Assembly (NCBI GenBank): GCA_026387795.1
Contig: JAPLLA010000051.1
Location: forward strand, 15,194-60,461
Length of the DNA: 45,268 bases
Origin: Candidatus Saganbacteria bacterium
GTDB lineage: Bacteria > Margulisbacteria > WOR-1 > JAPLLA01
Direction of reading: 5' to 3'
Both the position numbers and the translations under genes were made by a program. The notes under the pieces were generated by a model, which made no database searches, was not told where the DNA came from, and was given only the letters and a program-made list of their open reading frames with translations. Positions 19,975 to 27,585 of the stretch are shown here, one piece after another. The stretch's first letter is position 1. Each line of letters opens with the position of its first letter.

Positions 19975-20612
19975 ATACCAAATCAAAAGCCAGCAAAATT
20001 ATGGTTCTTGCAAGCCAGCTCCCTTGCTTTAGCCTGGATGACCTTGCTGGCATTGAATCGGATAAAACTTACCTAAAGATCACCTTGTCCCGCTATGAAA
20101 AAGGGGGCAAACTGATCAGGATAAAAAGGGGTATGTATGTTACGGAGGCATATATCAGCAACCTTCAAAAAACCGGACGGTTTCCCGTTTATCCTGAATT
20201 TATTGCCTCCATCTTGTATCAACCTTCATATTTGAGCCTGGACTATGTCTTGTACCAGCACAACCTTTTGACGGAAACCGCGCAAAATTTTACGGCTGTC
20301 ACCCGGAATAAAACCGCCCATTTTACCAATGCTTTTGGCAATTACTTTTATCATACAATAAAGCATGAGTTTTTTTGCGGGTTTGAAATTATTAAGATAA
20401 ATGATTTTATGGTTTATAAGGCGACCAAAGCCAAGGCGCTCTTTGATTTTCTTTATTTAAGGCAAAACTTGTTGATTAACAAAGAAGCGATCCGGGAATT
20501 GCGATTAAATATGGGGAATTTCAATCGAAACGACGTAAAAGAGATTGGAAAATACTTTAAGTTAAAGGGAGCACAAAGAGTTGCCGGTATTTTTAATGTG
20601 CTCTTGGGATAA
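19965..20612 (+). CDS. abiEi: Type IV toxin-antitoxin antitoxin AbiEi-like (wHTH regulator)
   Basis: LSRYEKGGKLIRIKRGMYV wHTH, PSYLSLDYVL, ATKAKALFDFLY. Directly upstream of an AbiEii gene. ATG 19965 preferred over GTG 19956. Confidence 0.8.
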   Translation: MRNDTKSKASKIMVLASQLPCFSLDDLAGIESDKTYLKITLSRYEKGGKLIRIKRGMYVTEAYISNLQKTGRFPVYPEFIASILYQPSYLSLDYVLYQHNLLTETAQNFTAVTRNKTAHFTNAFGNYFYHTIKHEFFCGFEIIKINDFMVYKATKAKALFDFLYLRQNLLINKEAIRELRLNMGNFNRNDVKEIGKYFKLKGAQRVAGIFNVLLG

Positions 20613-20617
20613 ATAAT

Positions 20618-21445
20618 ATGGAAGCACTAAAAGCCTTTTTGCAAAACCTAGTGTTGGGTTTGGGTGCCCAAAACCAGCTTTTTAAGAGGAACCTGCTTAA
20701 AGAATATTTGCAGGTGTTTGTGCTGGATTATATTTATTCTCATCCTGATTACAGCCAATTGGTTTTTTACGGCGGGTCCTGCCTTGCTCATTGTTTTGGC
20801 CTGCCTCGCTTGTCAGAAGATCTTGATTTTGTCGATTTAAAAAAGAAGATCGGTTTTTTGCAATTGGCAAAAAGCCTGGAAAAACATTTTCTGGAAAACA
20901 CGGATTTAAAGGTGACTGCGACCGTCCAAAAATTTAGGATCTATTTAAAATTCCCGCTTTTACGCGAGCTGGGCTTGGCTGGAAAACACGAATCAGACCT
21001 CCTCTTTTTGAAAGTAGAAGTTTTTAAGGGGTTTAAATTTTGCGATAGTTGTAAAACTGAAACTATTCCATTATTTAAATTTAACCGGTCAGTTTTGATC
21101 AGGTCTTTTGACCTTCCTACTCTAATGGCAACAAAAATCGGGGCGATTTTCCATCGCAAATGGGAAAAGACAGATAAAAAGGGGAAGGTTGTTGTAAAAG
21201 TTAAAGGCCGGGATTATTTTGACCTGATGTGGTATTTGCAGAAAGGGATAAAACCAAACCTGGATTGTATCGATGGTGTGAAAGACAAAGAGGAGTTAAA
21301 AACAAAACTCATTAAAATTGTCGGGAACCTTGACACAAAAAGCCTCCAATTAGACCTGGAGGCTTTTATTGACAACCAGAAATTTGTTGACAATATGAGC
21401 AAAAACATGAAGAATATCTTAAAAAAGTTGCTTATGGAGATGTAA
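20618..21445 (+). CDS. abiEii: Type IV toxin-antitoxin toxin AbiEii/AbiGii nucleotidyltransferase
   Basis: KEYLQ, FYGGSCLAHCFGLPRLSEDLDF, ATKIGA, KGRDYFDL. Confidence 0.9.
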   Translation: MEALKAFLQNLVLGLGAQNQLFKRNLLKEYLQVFVLDYIYSHPDYSQLVFYGGSCLAHCFGLPRLSEDLDFVDLKKKIGFLQLAKSLEKHFLENTDLKVTATVQKFRIYLKFPLLRELGLAGKHESDLLFLKVEVFKGFKFCDSCKTETIPLFKFNRSVLIRSFDLPTLMATKIGAIFHRKWEKTDKKGKVVVKVKGRDYFDLMWYLQKGIKPNLDCIDGVKDKEELKTKLIKIVGNLDTKSLQLDLEAFIDNQKFVDNMSKNMKNILKKLLMEM

Positions 21446-21452
21446 TTACTTT

Positions 21453-22586
21453 ATGAAAAAGTCTTCCCAAATAGTTATTGTAGGAGCCGGGCCCATTGGT
21501 TCCTATACAGGCAAACTCCTCCAATCTTATGGCTTTGACCCTCTTTTAATAGAAGAACATCCCGAAGTTGGCAAGCCAGTCCAATGCGCTGGCATTGTGG
21601 GTAGAGATGTTTTTGAAAGAACCCAGCTTCCTCTTTCCAGGAAATCTATCCTCAATACAATCGAAGGTGCAAATGTCTCTTTCAATGGAGCCAAGTTCAA
21701 GATGAAAAGACCTGGGGTTGCGCAAATTATTAGCCGCGAGGTTTTTGATAAAGAACTTGCAGAAGGTTTAAGAGTACGGCTCAACACCCGTTTTACCGGG
21801 CTTTCCAAGTCCAAAGACAAATACTTGGTCCAAACCAATAAAGGGGATTTTGAGGCAGATGTGGTTATTGGTGCGGATGGGCCAAACTCAAAAGTTAGGA
21901 AAGAAGGAAAGTTCGATTCGAACTTGAAGCTTTATAAGGGCTTGCAATACAGAATAAAATTAGAGGTCCCGGATAAAAAAATGGTGGATGTTAGGTATAT
22001 TAAGCCATTTTCTCTCTTTAATTGGATGATACCTGAGGGTAATGGAGTCGTGCGGGTTGGTACTCTATCATTAAAACCGTTGGAAGAACTGGAAAAATAC
22101 ATCAAGGAATCTGGTTTTGAAGGGCTGATTGTAGAAAAGAATGCGGGTTTGGTTCCAATTGGCATGACCCAGCTAGTTAAAGAACATTTAGCTTTAGTTG
22201 GCGATGCTGCCTGCCAGGTAAAGCCCATGACTTCGGGCGGAATATTTTACGGATTAAAATCCGCAGAAATACTGGCTAGGGCAATTAATGATGGCAAGCT
22301 GCATCAATATGAGACTGAATGGAAAAAAGCATTCGATCTGGAGATAAAAATCAGCTTTTTAATCCGTTACGTTATGGAGAGCCTAAGTGACGATCTGCTT
22401 CACAGCCTTTTCCAGGTTTTTGGAGAAAGCATTGATCACATAGAAAAAGAAGCGGATTTTGAAAATCACTCCTCAACCATGAAAGCAATTTTAGTAAACC
22501 CAAGGTTTTATCCTCTCTTTGTGCGCGCACTTTTTCAGGTATTATCAAATCCACGGTTGATCATGCGCTTATTGGTTAAAAAGTAA
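21453..22586 (+). CDS. Geranylgeranyl reductase family FAD-dependent oxidoreductase
   Basis: IVGAGPIG, EEHPEVGKPVQCAG, R..FDKELA, VIGADGPNS, LVGDAACQVKPMTSGGI. Confidence 0.85.
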   Translation: MKKSSQIVIVGAGPIGSYTGKLLQSYGFDPLLIEEHPEVGKPVQCAGIVGRDVFERTQLPLSRKSILNTIEGANVSFNGAKFKMKRPGVAQIISREVFDKELAEGLRVRLNTRFTGLSKSKDKYLVQTNKGDFEADVVIGADGPNSKVRKEGKFDSNLKLYKGLQYRIKLEVPDKKMVDVRYIKPFSLFNWMIPEGNGVVRVGTLSLKPLEELEKYIKESGFEGLIVEKNAGLVPIGMTQLVKEHLALVGDAACQVKPMTSGGIFYGLKSAEILARAINDGKLHQYETEWKKAFDLEIKISFLIRYVMESLSDDLLHSLFQVFGESIDHIEKEADFENHSSTMKAILVNPRFYPLFVRALFQVLSNPRLIMRLLVKK

Positions 22587-22590
22587 TCCT

Positions 22591-23265
22591 ATGCATCATC
22601 AGATCAAAAGCCTTGCCGAATATACTTCCACTCTAATGACCAAGGTCCTTTCAGATATTAAAGAAGGGCATTCTGAAAGAGATGTAATGCGGATGTTAAA
22701 GCATCAAACGCATAATACTCGTGAACTTAAGTTCTCATTTTTAACTATTGTTGGATCTGGCCATCGTTCTGCTCACCCTCACGCTAGGGCAACCCACAAA
22801 AAGATCAAAAGAGGAGAATTTATCGTAGTTGATTTTGGTTTTCGCGAAAAAGGCATTTGTTCCGACATTACTCGCACTGTGATGATTGGCCGTCCAAATA
22901 AGAGACAACAGAAAATTTACAATATTGTGAGAAAAGCACAGTTATCTGCTTTGGCAAAAGTGAGAGAAGGTGCAAGGGCTTGCGATGTTGATGCGGAAGC
23001 TCGGGATGTTATCAAAAAAGCAGGGTATGGTAAGCATTTTGTGCATAGTACTGGGCATGGGGTAGGCAAACGCATCCATCAAGCTCCTAAGATCGGCCCG
23101 CGTAACAAAAGAAGGCTTAAGGCTGGCATGGTGATTACAATTGAGCCTGGGATATATGTTAAGGGGTATGGGGGAGTGAGGATTGAGGATATGATACTTG
23201 TTACTCGTAAAGGATACGAATTGTTAACGAAGGTGCCGTACAAATTATCAATTGATGGAAAATAA
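22591..23265 (+). CDS. M24 (Xaa-Pro aminopeptidase-like) metallopeptidase, catalytic domain only
   Basis: Metal ligands in VVDFG, CSDITRT, HSTGHGVG, TIEPGIY, GVRIED. Confidence 0.88.
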   Translation: MHHQIKSLAEYTSTLMTKVLSDIKEGHSERDVMRMLKHQTHNTRELKFSFLTIVGSGHRSAHPHARATHKKIKRGEFIVVDFGFREKGICSDITRTVMIGRPNKRQQKIYNIVRKAQLSALAKVREGARACDVDAEARDVIKKAGYGKHFVHSTGHGVGKRIHQAPKIGPRNKRRLKAGMVITIEPGIYVKGYGGVRIEDMILVTRKGYELLTKVPYKLSIDGK

Positions 23266-23296
23266 AGGCGAGGATGATCATCCTCGCCTTTATTTT
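23259..23296. terminator. Perfect 38-bp palindrome, likely a bidirectional intrinsic terminator
   Basis: AAAATAAAGGCGAGGATGA|TCATCCTCGCCTTTATTTT directly after the M24 gene, with T-rich tails on both strands. Confidence 0.8.
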
Positions 23297-23337
23297 TGTG
23301 TTTTCAATTGAAACGTTTCATGCTACGATTCTTTATC

Positions 23338-24000
23338 ATGAAAACCTCTGTAATTATAACTGCCGGCGGCTATGGAAAACGGATGGGGAGTCCTTCCGGC
23401 AAGCAATTCTTGGAAATCGCGGGTAAACCAATCCTTGAATGGACTATTTCTGCTTTTTTAGCAATTAAAGAGATCAATGAGGTTATCGTAGTTATTAATA
23501 AAGAGGATTTTGATAAATTGAAACATTTAAAGGTTAAATTGGCAGAAGCTGGAGAGCGGAGACAGGATTCTGTCTATAATGGGTTACAGAAGGTTACAGA
23601 AGGTTGCGATATAGTTGTTATCCATGACGGTGCCAGGCCACTGGTTACTTCTCAATTGATTAGAGCTTCAATTGCAGGAGCTGCCCTGCATGGCGCATCT
23701 GTTGTTGCGGTTTCAGTAAAAGATACGATCAAAGAAGTTTCTGCTGAGGGTTTTATCCTTAATACAGCAGACCGTAGTCTGCTTTGGGCAGCGCAGACTC
23801 CACAAACGTTTAAATACCATTTAATCAAAGAAGCATACGAAAAAGCGAAATCAGATGGATTTTTTGTAACTGATGATGCCAGTTTGGTTGAAAGATTGGG
23901 GTATCCGGTAAAGATTGTTGAGGGGAGTTACGAAAATATAAAAGTAACTACCCCGGAAGATTTGGCAGTGGCAGAACAAATCTTAAGGTTACGCAAATGA
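23338..24000 (+). CDS. ispD: 2-C-methyl-D-erythritol 4-phosphate cytidylyltransferase
   Basis: IITAGGYGKRMG..KQFL, RQDSVYNGL, IHDGARP, VKDTIK, AQTPQ, TDDAS, NIKVTTPEDL. ATG 23338 chosen from the family N-terminus. Confidence 0.95.
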   Translation: MKTSVIITAGGYGKRMGSPSGKQFLEIAGKPILEWTISAFLAIKEINEVIVVINKEDFDKLKHLKVKLAEAGERRQDSVYNGLQKVTEGCDIVVIHDGARPLVTSQLIRASIAGAALHGASVVAVSVKDTIKEVSAEGFILNTADRSLLWAAQTPQTFKYHLIKEAYEKAKSDGFFVTDDASLVERLGYPVKIVEGSYENIKVTTPEDLAVAEQILRLRK

Positions 24001-24347
24001 ATAAAGCCAAATTAGCTTTAATCGGTTTGTTCGGGGGATTTGTAAGCGGGATTTTGGGCTTGGGTGGAGGGATCCTGTTTGTTCCGTTAATGGTTCTTTT
24101 GTTGAAGATGGAGCAACATGAAGCACATGGGACTTCTCTTTTTGTTATTGCTCCAACCGCATTGTTGGGAGCTACAGTTTATACTTTTCACGGTAATGTT
24201 AGATTTGAATATGTTTTGTGGCTTATGGTTTTTGCTATGGTTGCTGCACCATTGGGCGTAAGGGCTTGTTCAAAAATCTCTTCGGAGAACCTTAGAAAGC
24301 TTTATGCGGTATTTTTGCTGGTAGTCGCAGTAAGGATGTTGTTTTAA
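23997..24347 (+). CDS. Sulfite exporter TauE/SafE family, half-size protein 1
   Basis: GFVSGILGLGGGILFVP, HEAHGTSL. About 4 TM helices. Confidence 0.8.
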   Translation: MNKAKLALIGLFGGFVSGILGLGGGILFVPLMVLLLKMEQHEAHGTSLFVIAPTALLGATVYTFHGNVRFEYVLWLMVFAMVAAPLGVRACSKISSENLRKLYAVFLLVVAVRMLF

Positions 24348-24348
24348 A

Positions 24349-24711
24349 ATGATTTATGAGGCAATAATTATTATAGGGACCGGACTCGCGGCAGGTTTTT
24401 TTAGCGGGCTGATGGGGGTGGGTGGAGGGACTATTACGATTCCTGCATTGGTTCTCCTTTTAGGTGCGACCCAGCAATTGGCTCAAGGGACTTCTTTGGC
24501 TCTGATTATTCCTACCGCAATTATAGGGGCATATGCGTATCATAAGCGCGGCTATGTACATATTGATAAGGCGCTTTGGATTGTCCTGGGTGCGGTATTG
24601 GGTGCATTCTTTGGAGCACAGCTGGCAGCACTTTTGCCCGGCTTTTGGCTCAAAAAGATCTTTGCAGCCTTTGCAATATTCTTGTCGGTCAAGATGTTTT
24701 TAGGGAGGTAA
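24349..24711 (+). CDS. Sulfite exporter TauE/SafE family, half-size protein 2
   Basis: AAGFFSGLMGVGGGTITIP, QQLAQGTSL. About 4 TM helices. Confidence 0.8.
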   Translation: MIYEAIIIIGTGLAAGFFSGLMGVGGGTITIPALVLLLGATQQLAQGTSLALIIPTAIIGAYAYHKRGYVHIDKALWIVLGAVLGAFFGAQLAALLPGFWLKKIFAAFAIFLSVKMFLGR

Positions 24712-24717
24712 AAAAGA

Positions 24718-26181
24718 ATGTTTTATCCGTCAAAAAAAGAATTCATGGAATTGAGCAAGCAAGGAAACCTGATCCCCGTATATAAAGAATTGGCTGCAGA
24801 TATGGAAACCCCGGTATCTGCTTACAGGAAGATTGATTCCAACTACTCCTTCCTTTTAGAGAGTGTAGAAGGAGGGGAACGCATTGCGCGTTATTCTTTC
24901 CTTGGCGCTGATCCCAACCTGATTTTTGCTTCTCATGGGGAAGAGATAACTATTTCCGTCAAAGGGAAAAAAGAAACTAAAAAAGGAAACCCATTTCACA
25001 TCCTAAAAGTGCTTCTTAATTCTTATAAGCCGGTAAAAATTGCTGGGTTGCCGCGCTTCCACGGCGGATTGGTTGGATACGTGGGTTATGATACAGTCCG
25101 TTTCTTTGAAAATATCCCGGATAAAAATATTGATGATTTGAAAGTTCCGGATCTGGAATTTGTGCTGACAGATACCATTCTGGTTTTTGACCATGTTAAG
25201 CATAAGATTTTGGTTATTTCTAATTCTCATGTAGAAGGGGATCCTGCGGTTGCCTATGATTTAGCGTGCAAGAAAATAGAAGCCTTAATTAGAAAATTGA
25301 GGAAGCCTTTGCCTGCTGACCGCACTGAATTTGACCTGCATGCTGCTTTAACAGGGAAGTTTAAATCCAATATCTCTGCGGATAAATATAAAGAAGCAGT
25401 CAAAAAAGCCAAGGAGCATATTGCAGCCGGGGATGTTATCCAAGTGGTCCCGTCCCAAAGGATTGAAACAGAGCTTAAAGTAAAACCCTTTAATGTTTAT
25501 AGGGCGCTTAGGATGATTAATCCTTCTCCGTACATGTTTTATCTCCATTTTGGAAAAACCATGTTGATTGGCGCTTCTCCTGAAACTATGGTTCGCTTAG
25601 AAGAAGGCGTAGCCACTATCCGGCCGATTGCAGGGACACGGCCAAGAGGGGCAAACGAAGCAGAAGACCTTTCTCTTGCAAAAGAGCTCTTAGCGGATCC
25701 AAAAGAGCGGGCAGAGCATGTGATGCTTGTAGATTTGGCTAGAAACGATCTTGGTCGTGTTTGCCAGTTTAATACTGTCAAAATGACCAGGGAAATGGAA
25801 ATAGAGCGCTATTCGCATGTCATGCATATTGTGAGTGAAGTAGAAGGGAAGATCCAAAAGGATAAAGATGCTTTTGATTTGTTGGAAGCATCTTTCCCTG
25901 CAGGAACAGTAACTGGTGCTCCAAAGGTAAGGGCCATGGAGATTATTGATGGGCTGGAAACTACCAGAAGAGGGCCCTATGCAGGAGCAGTAGGGTATTT
26001 TAGTTTTTCCGGAGATTTGGATACTTGTATTACTATCCGGACCATTTTGGTAAAAGATAAAAAAGCATATGTGCAAGCAGGTGCTGGTATTGTTGCTGAT
26101 TCAAATCCGGAAACAGAGTATCAAGAGACTTTAAATAAGGCACGCGCATTGCTTTCTGCGGTAAGCGTAGCTGGAGGATAA
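24718..26181 (+). CDS. trpE: Anthranilate synthase component I
   Basis: ETPVSAY, FLLESVEGGE..ARYSF, NPSPYMF, RPIAGTRPRG, KERAEHVMLVDLARND, YSHVMHIVS, FPAGTVTGAPK, QAGAGIVADS. Confidence 0.93.
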   Translation: MFYPSKKEFMELSKQGNLIPVYKELAADMETPVSAYRKIDSNYSFLLESVEGGERIARYSFLGADPNLIFASHGEEITISVKGKKETKKGNPFHILKVLLNSYKPVKIAGLPRFHGGLVGYVGYDTVRFFENIPDKNIDDLKVPDLEFVLTDTILVFDHVKHKILVISNSHVEGDPAVAYDLACKKIEALIRKLRKPLPADRTEFDLHAALTGKFKSNISADKYKEAVKKAKEHIAAGDVIQVVPSQRIETELKVKPFNVYRALRMINPSPYMFYLHFGKTMLIGASPETMVRLEEGVATIRPIAGTRPRGANEAEDLSLAKELLADPKERAEHVMLVDLARNDLGRVCQFNTVKMTREMEIERYSHVMHIVSEVEGKIQKDKDAFDLLEASFPAGTVTGAPKVRAMEIIDGLETTRRGPYAGAVGYFSFSGDLDTCITIRTILVKDKKAYVQAGAGIVADSNPETEYQETLNKARALLSAVSVAGG

Positions 26182-26186
26182 CAATC

Positions 26187-27428
26187 GTGATTAGTTTCAG
26201 GATGCTAAGGCATTCAGACCGTTCGCTCTGGTTTTGTGCAGGAGCACTTCTGGTCATTGGTTTTTTGGCATTGTTTAGTGCTACGTATATGACCGGGATT
26301 AAAAGCGGCGGAGACCCATTCTTTTTTGTACGCCGCCAATTTTCTTCTCTTTTTATTGCTATTTTAGCCATGGGTTTTGGCGCGTATTTGGATGTAACGT
26401 ACTATAAGAAATTATCACCTTGGATTTATGGAGTGATGATTTTTTCCCTTTTAGCAGTCATGTTTATAGGTTCTTCTGCTGCGGGTGCGCAGCGTTGGAT
26501 CTCTTTGGGATTCTTTAAGTTCCAGCCTTCCGAATTTTCTAAGCTGATGAGCATTATGGTTATTGCAGCTTATTTGGAGAATAAGAGGGGTAAGATTAAA
26601 GAAGTGCTCCAGCTTTTGCCGTTTCTGGCAATGGTTGCGATTCCTTGCTTGTTGATTTTTAAGCAGCCGGATTTAGGAACGGCTTTGGTAGTTATTGCTA
26701 TTTCGCTTGGGATGCTCGGTTTTGCCGAGGCTTCTCCTGTCTTATTTGTCCTGCTTTTAACCCCATTTGTCAGCATTGTTTTGAGTCCCTTTTTATGGGC
26801 TTGGATTATTTATCTGGCAATTTTATTTTTAACGCTTTATCTTTTTAGGGTGCGTATTTTTGAGTTTATTTTGGCGATGGGGATTAATATTGGGGTGGGG
26901 CTTGCTTTCCCTTTGATTTGGGGGATGCTTAGAGATTATCAAAGAATGAGAATCCTTTCATTTTTAAATCCCGGGCTTGACCCTTATGGGGTAGGCTATC
27001 ATACTTTGCAGTCAAAAATCGCGATCGGTTCAGGGTTTTTATTTGGCAAAGGTTTTTTGCATGGGACGCAAACGCAGCTTCAGTTTATTCCTGTGCAGCA
27101 GAGCGACTTTATTTTTGCGGTGATTGGAGAGGAATGGGGTTTTATTGGAGGGCTCGTTCTGCTAGCACTCTTTTTAGTAATTGTTTACCGTGCTTTTGCT
27201 TTAGCTTTTGAGACTCGGGATTCTTTTAGCAGCTTTGTAGCAGCAGGGATTGGGGTGATGATTCTGTTCCATGTGTTTGTAAACATTGGAATGACAACCG
27301 GAATGCTTCCTGTGGTTGGCATTCCGCTTCCCTTGGTAAGCTTTGGGGGAAGTTCGCTAGTGGTTACGCTAATGTCGATTGGGATACTTCAGAGTATTGC
27401 TATGAGAAGACATAAGTTAATTTTCTAA
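26187..27428 (+). CDS. rodA: Rod shape-determining SEDS glycosyltransferase
   Basis: GAQRWI, FQPSEFSK, QPDLGT, YQ..RI..FLNP..DP.G.GYH..QSKIAIGSG, GKGFLHGTQ, SDFIFAVIGEEWG, GIPLPLVSFGGSS. Confidence 0.92.
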   Translation: MISFRMLRHSDRSLWFCAGALLVIGFLALFSATYMTGIKSGGDPFFFVRRQFSSLFIAILAMGFGAYLDVTYYKKLSPWIYGVMIFSLLAVMFIGSSAAGAQRWISLGFFKFQPSEFSKLMSIMVIAAYLENKRGKIKEVLQLLPFLAMVAIPCLLIFKQPDLGTALVVIAISLGMLGFAEASPVLFVLLLTPFVSIVLSPFLWAWIIYLAILFLTLYLFRVRIFEFILAMGINIGVGLAFPLIWGMLRDYQRMRILSFLNPGLDPYGVGYHTLQSKIAIGSGFLFGKGFLHGTQTQLQFIPVQQSDFIFAVIGEEWGFIGGLVLLALFLVIVYRAFALAFETRDSFSSFVAAGIGVMILFHVFVNIGMTTGMLPVVGIPLPLVSFGGSSLVVTLMSIGILQSIAMRRHKLIF

Positions 27429-27450
27429 AAGTTGGTATTTTTAAATTTCA

Positions 27451-27571
27451 TAATCCATTTTTCACGGATCCTTTCCCTGGATAATGATTTTCACAGGATT
27501 TCACGGATATATATATCCTGAGATATCCGGGACAATCAAAATCCAGCGATAGATCAGGGAAACGGGGATTA
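27451..27571. repeat. 121-bp imperfect palindrome built from 9-10-nt ...GGAT / ATCC... units
   Basis: Left-arm units TTCACGGAT, TTCCCTGGAT, TTCACAGGAT, TTCACGGAT; centre ATATAT; mirrored ATCC-headed units on the right arm. Lies between the convergent rodA and lptA-like genes. Confidence 0.75.
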
Positions 27572-27585
27572 AGGAATTATAGCTA

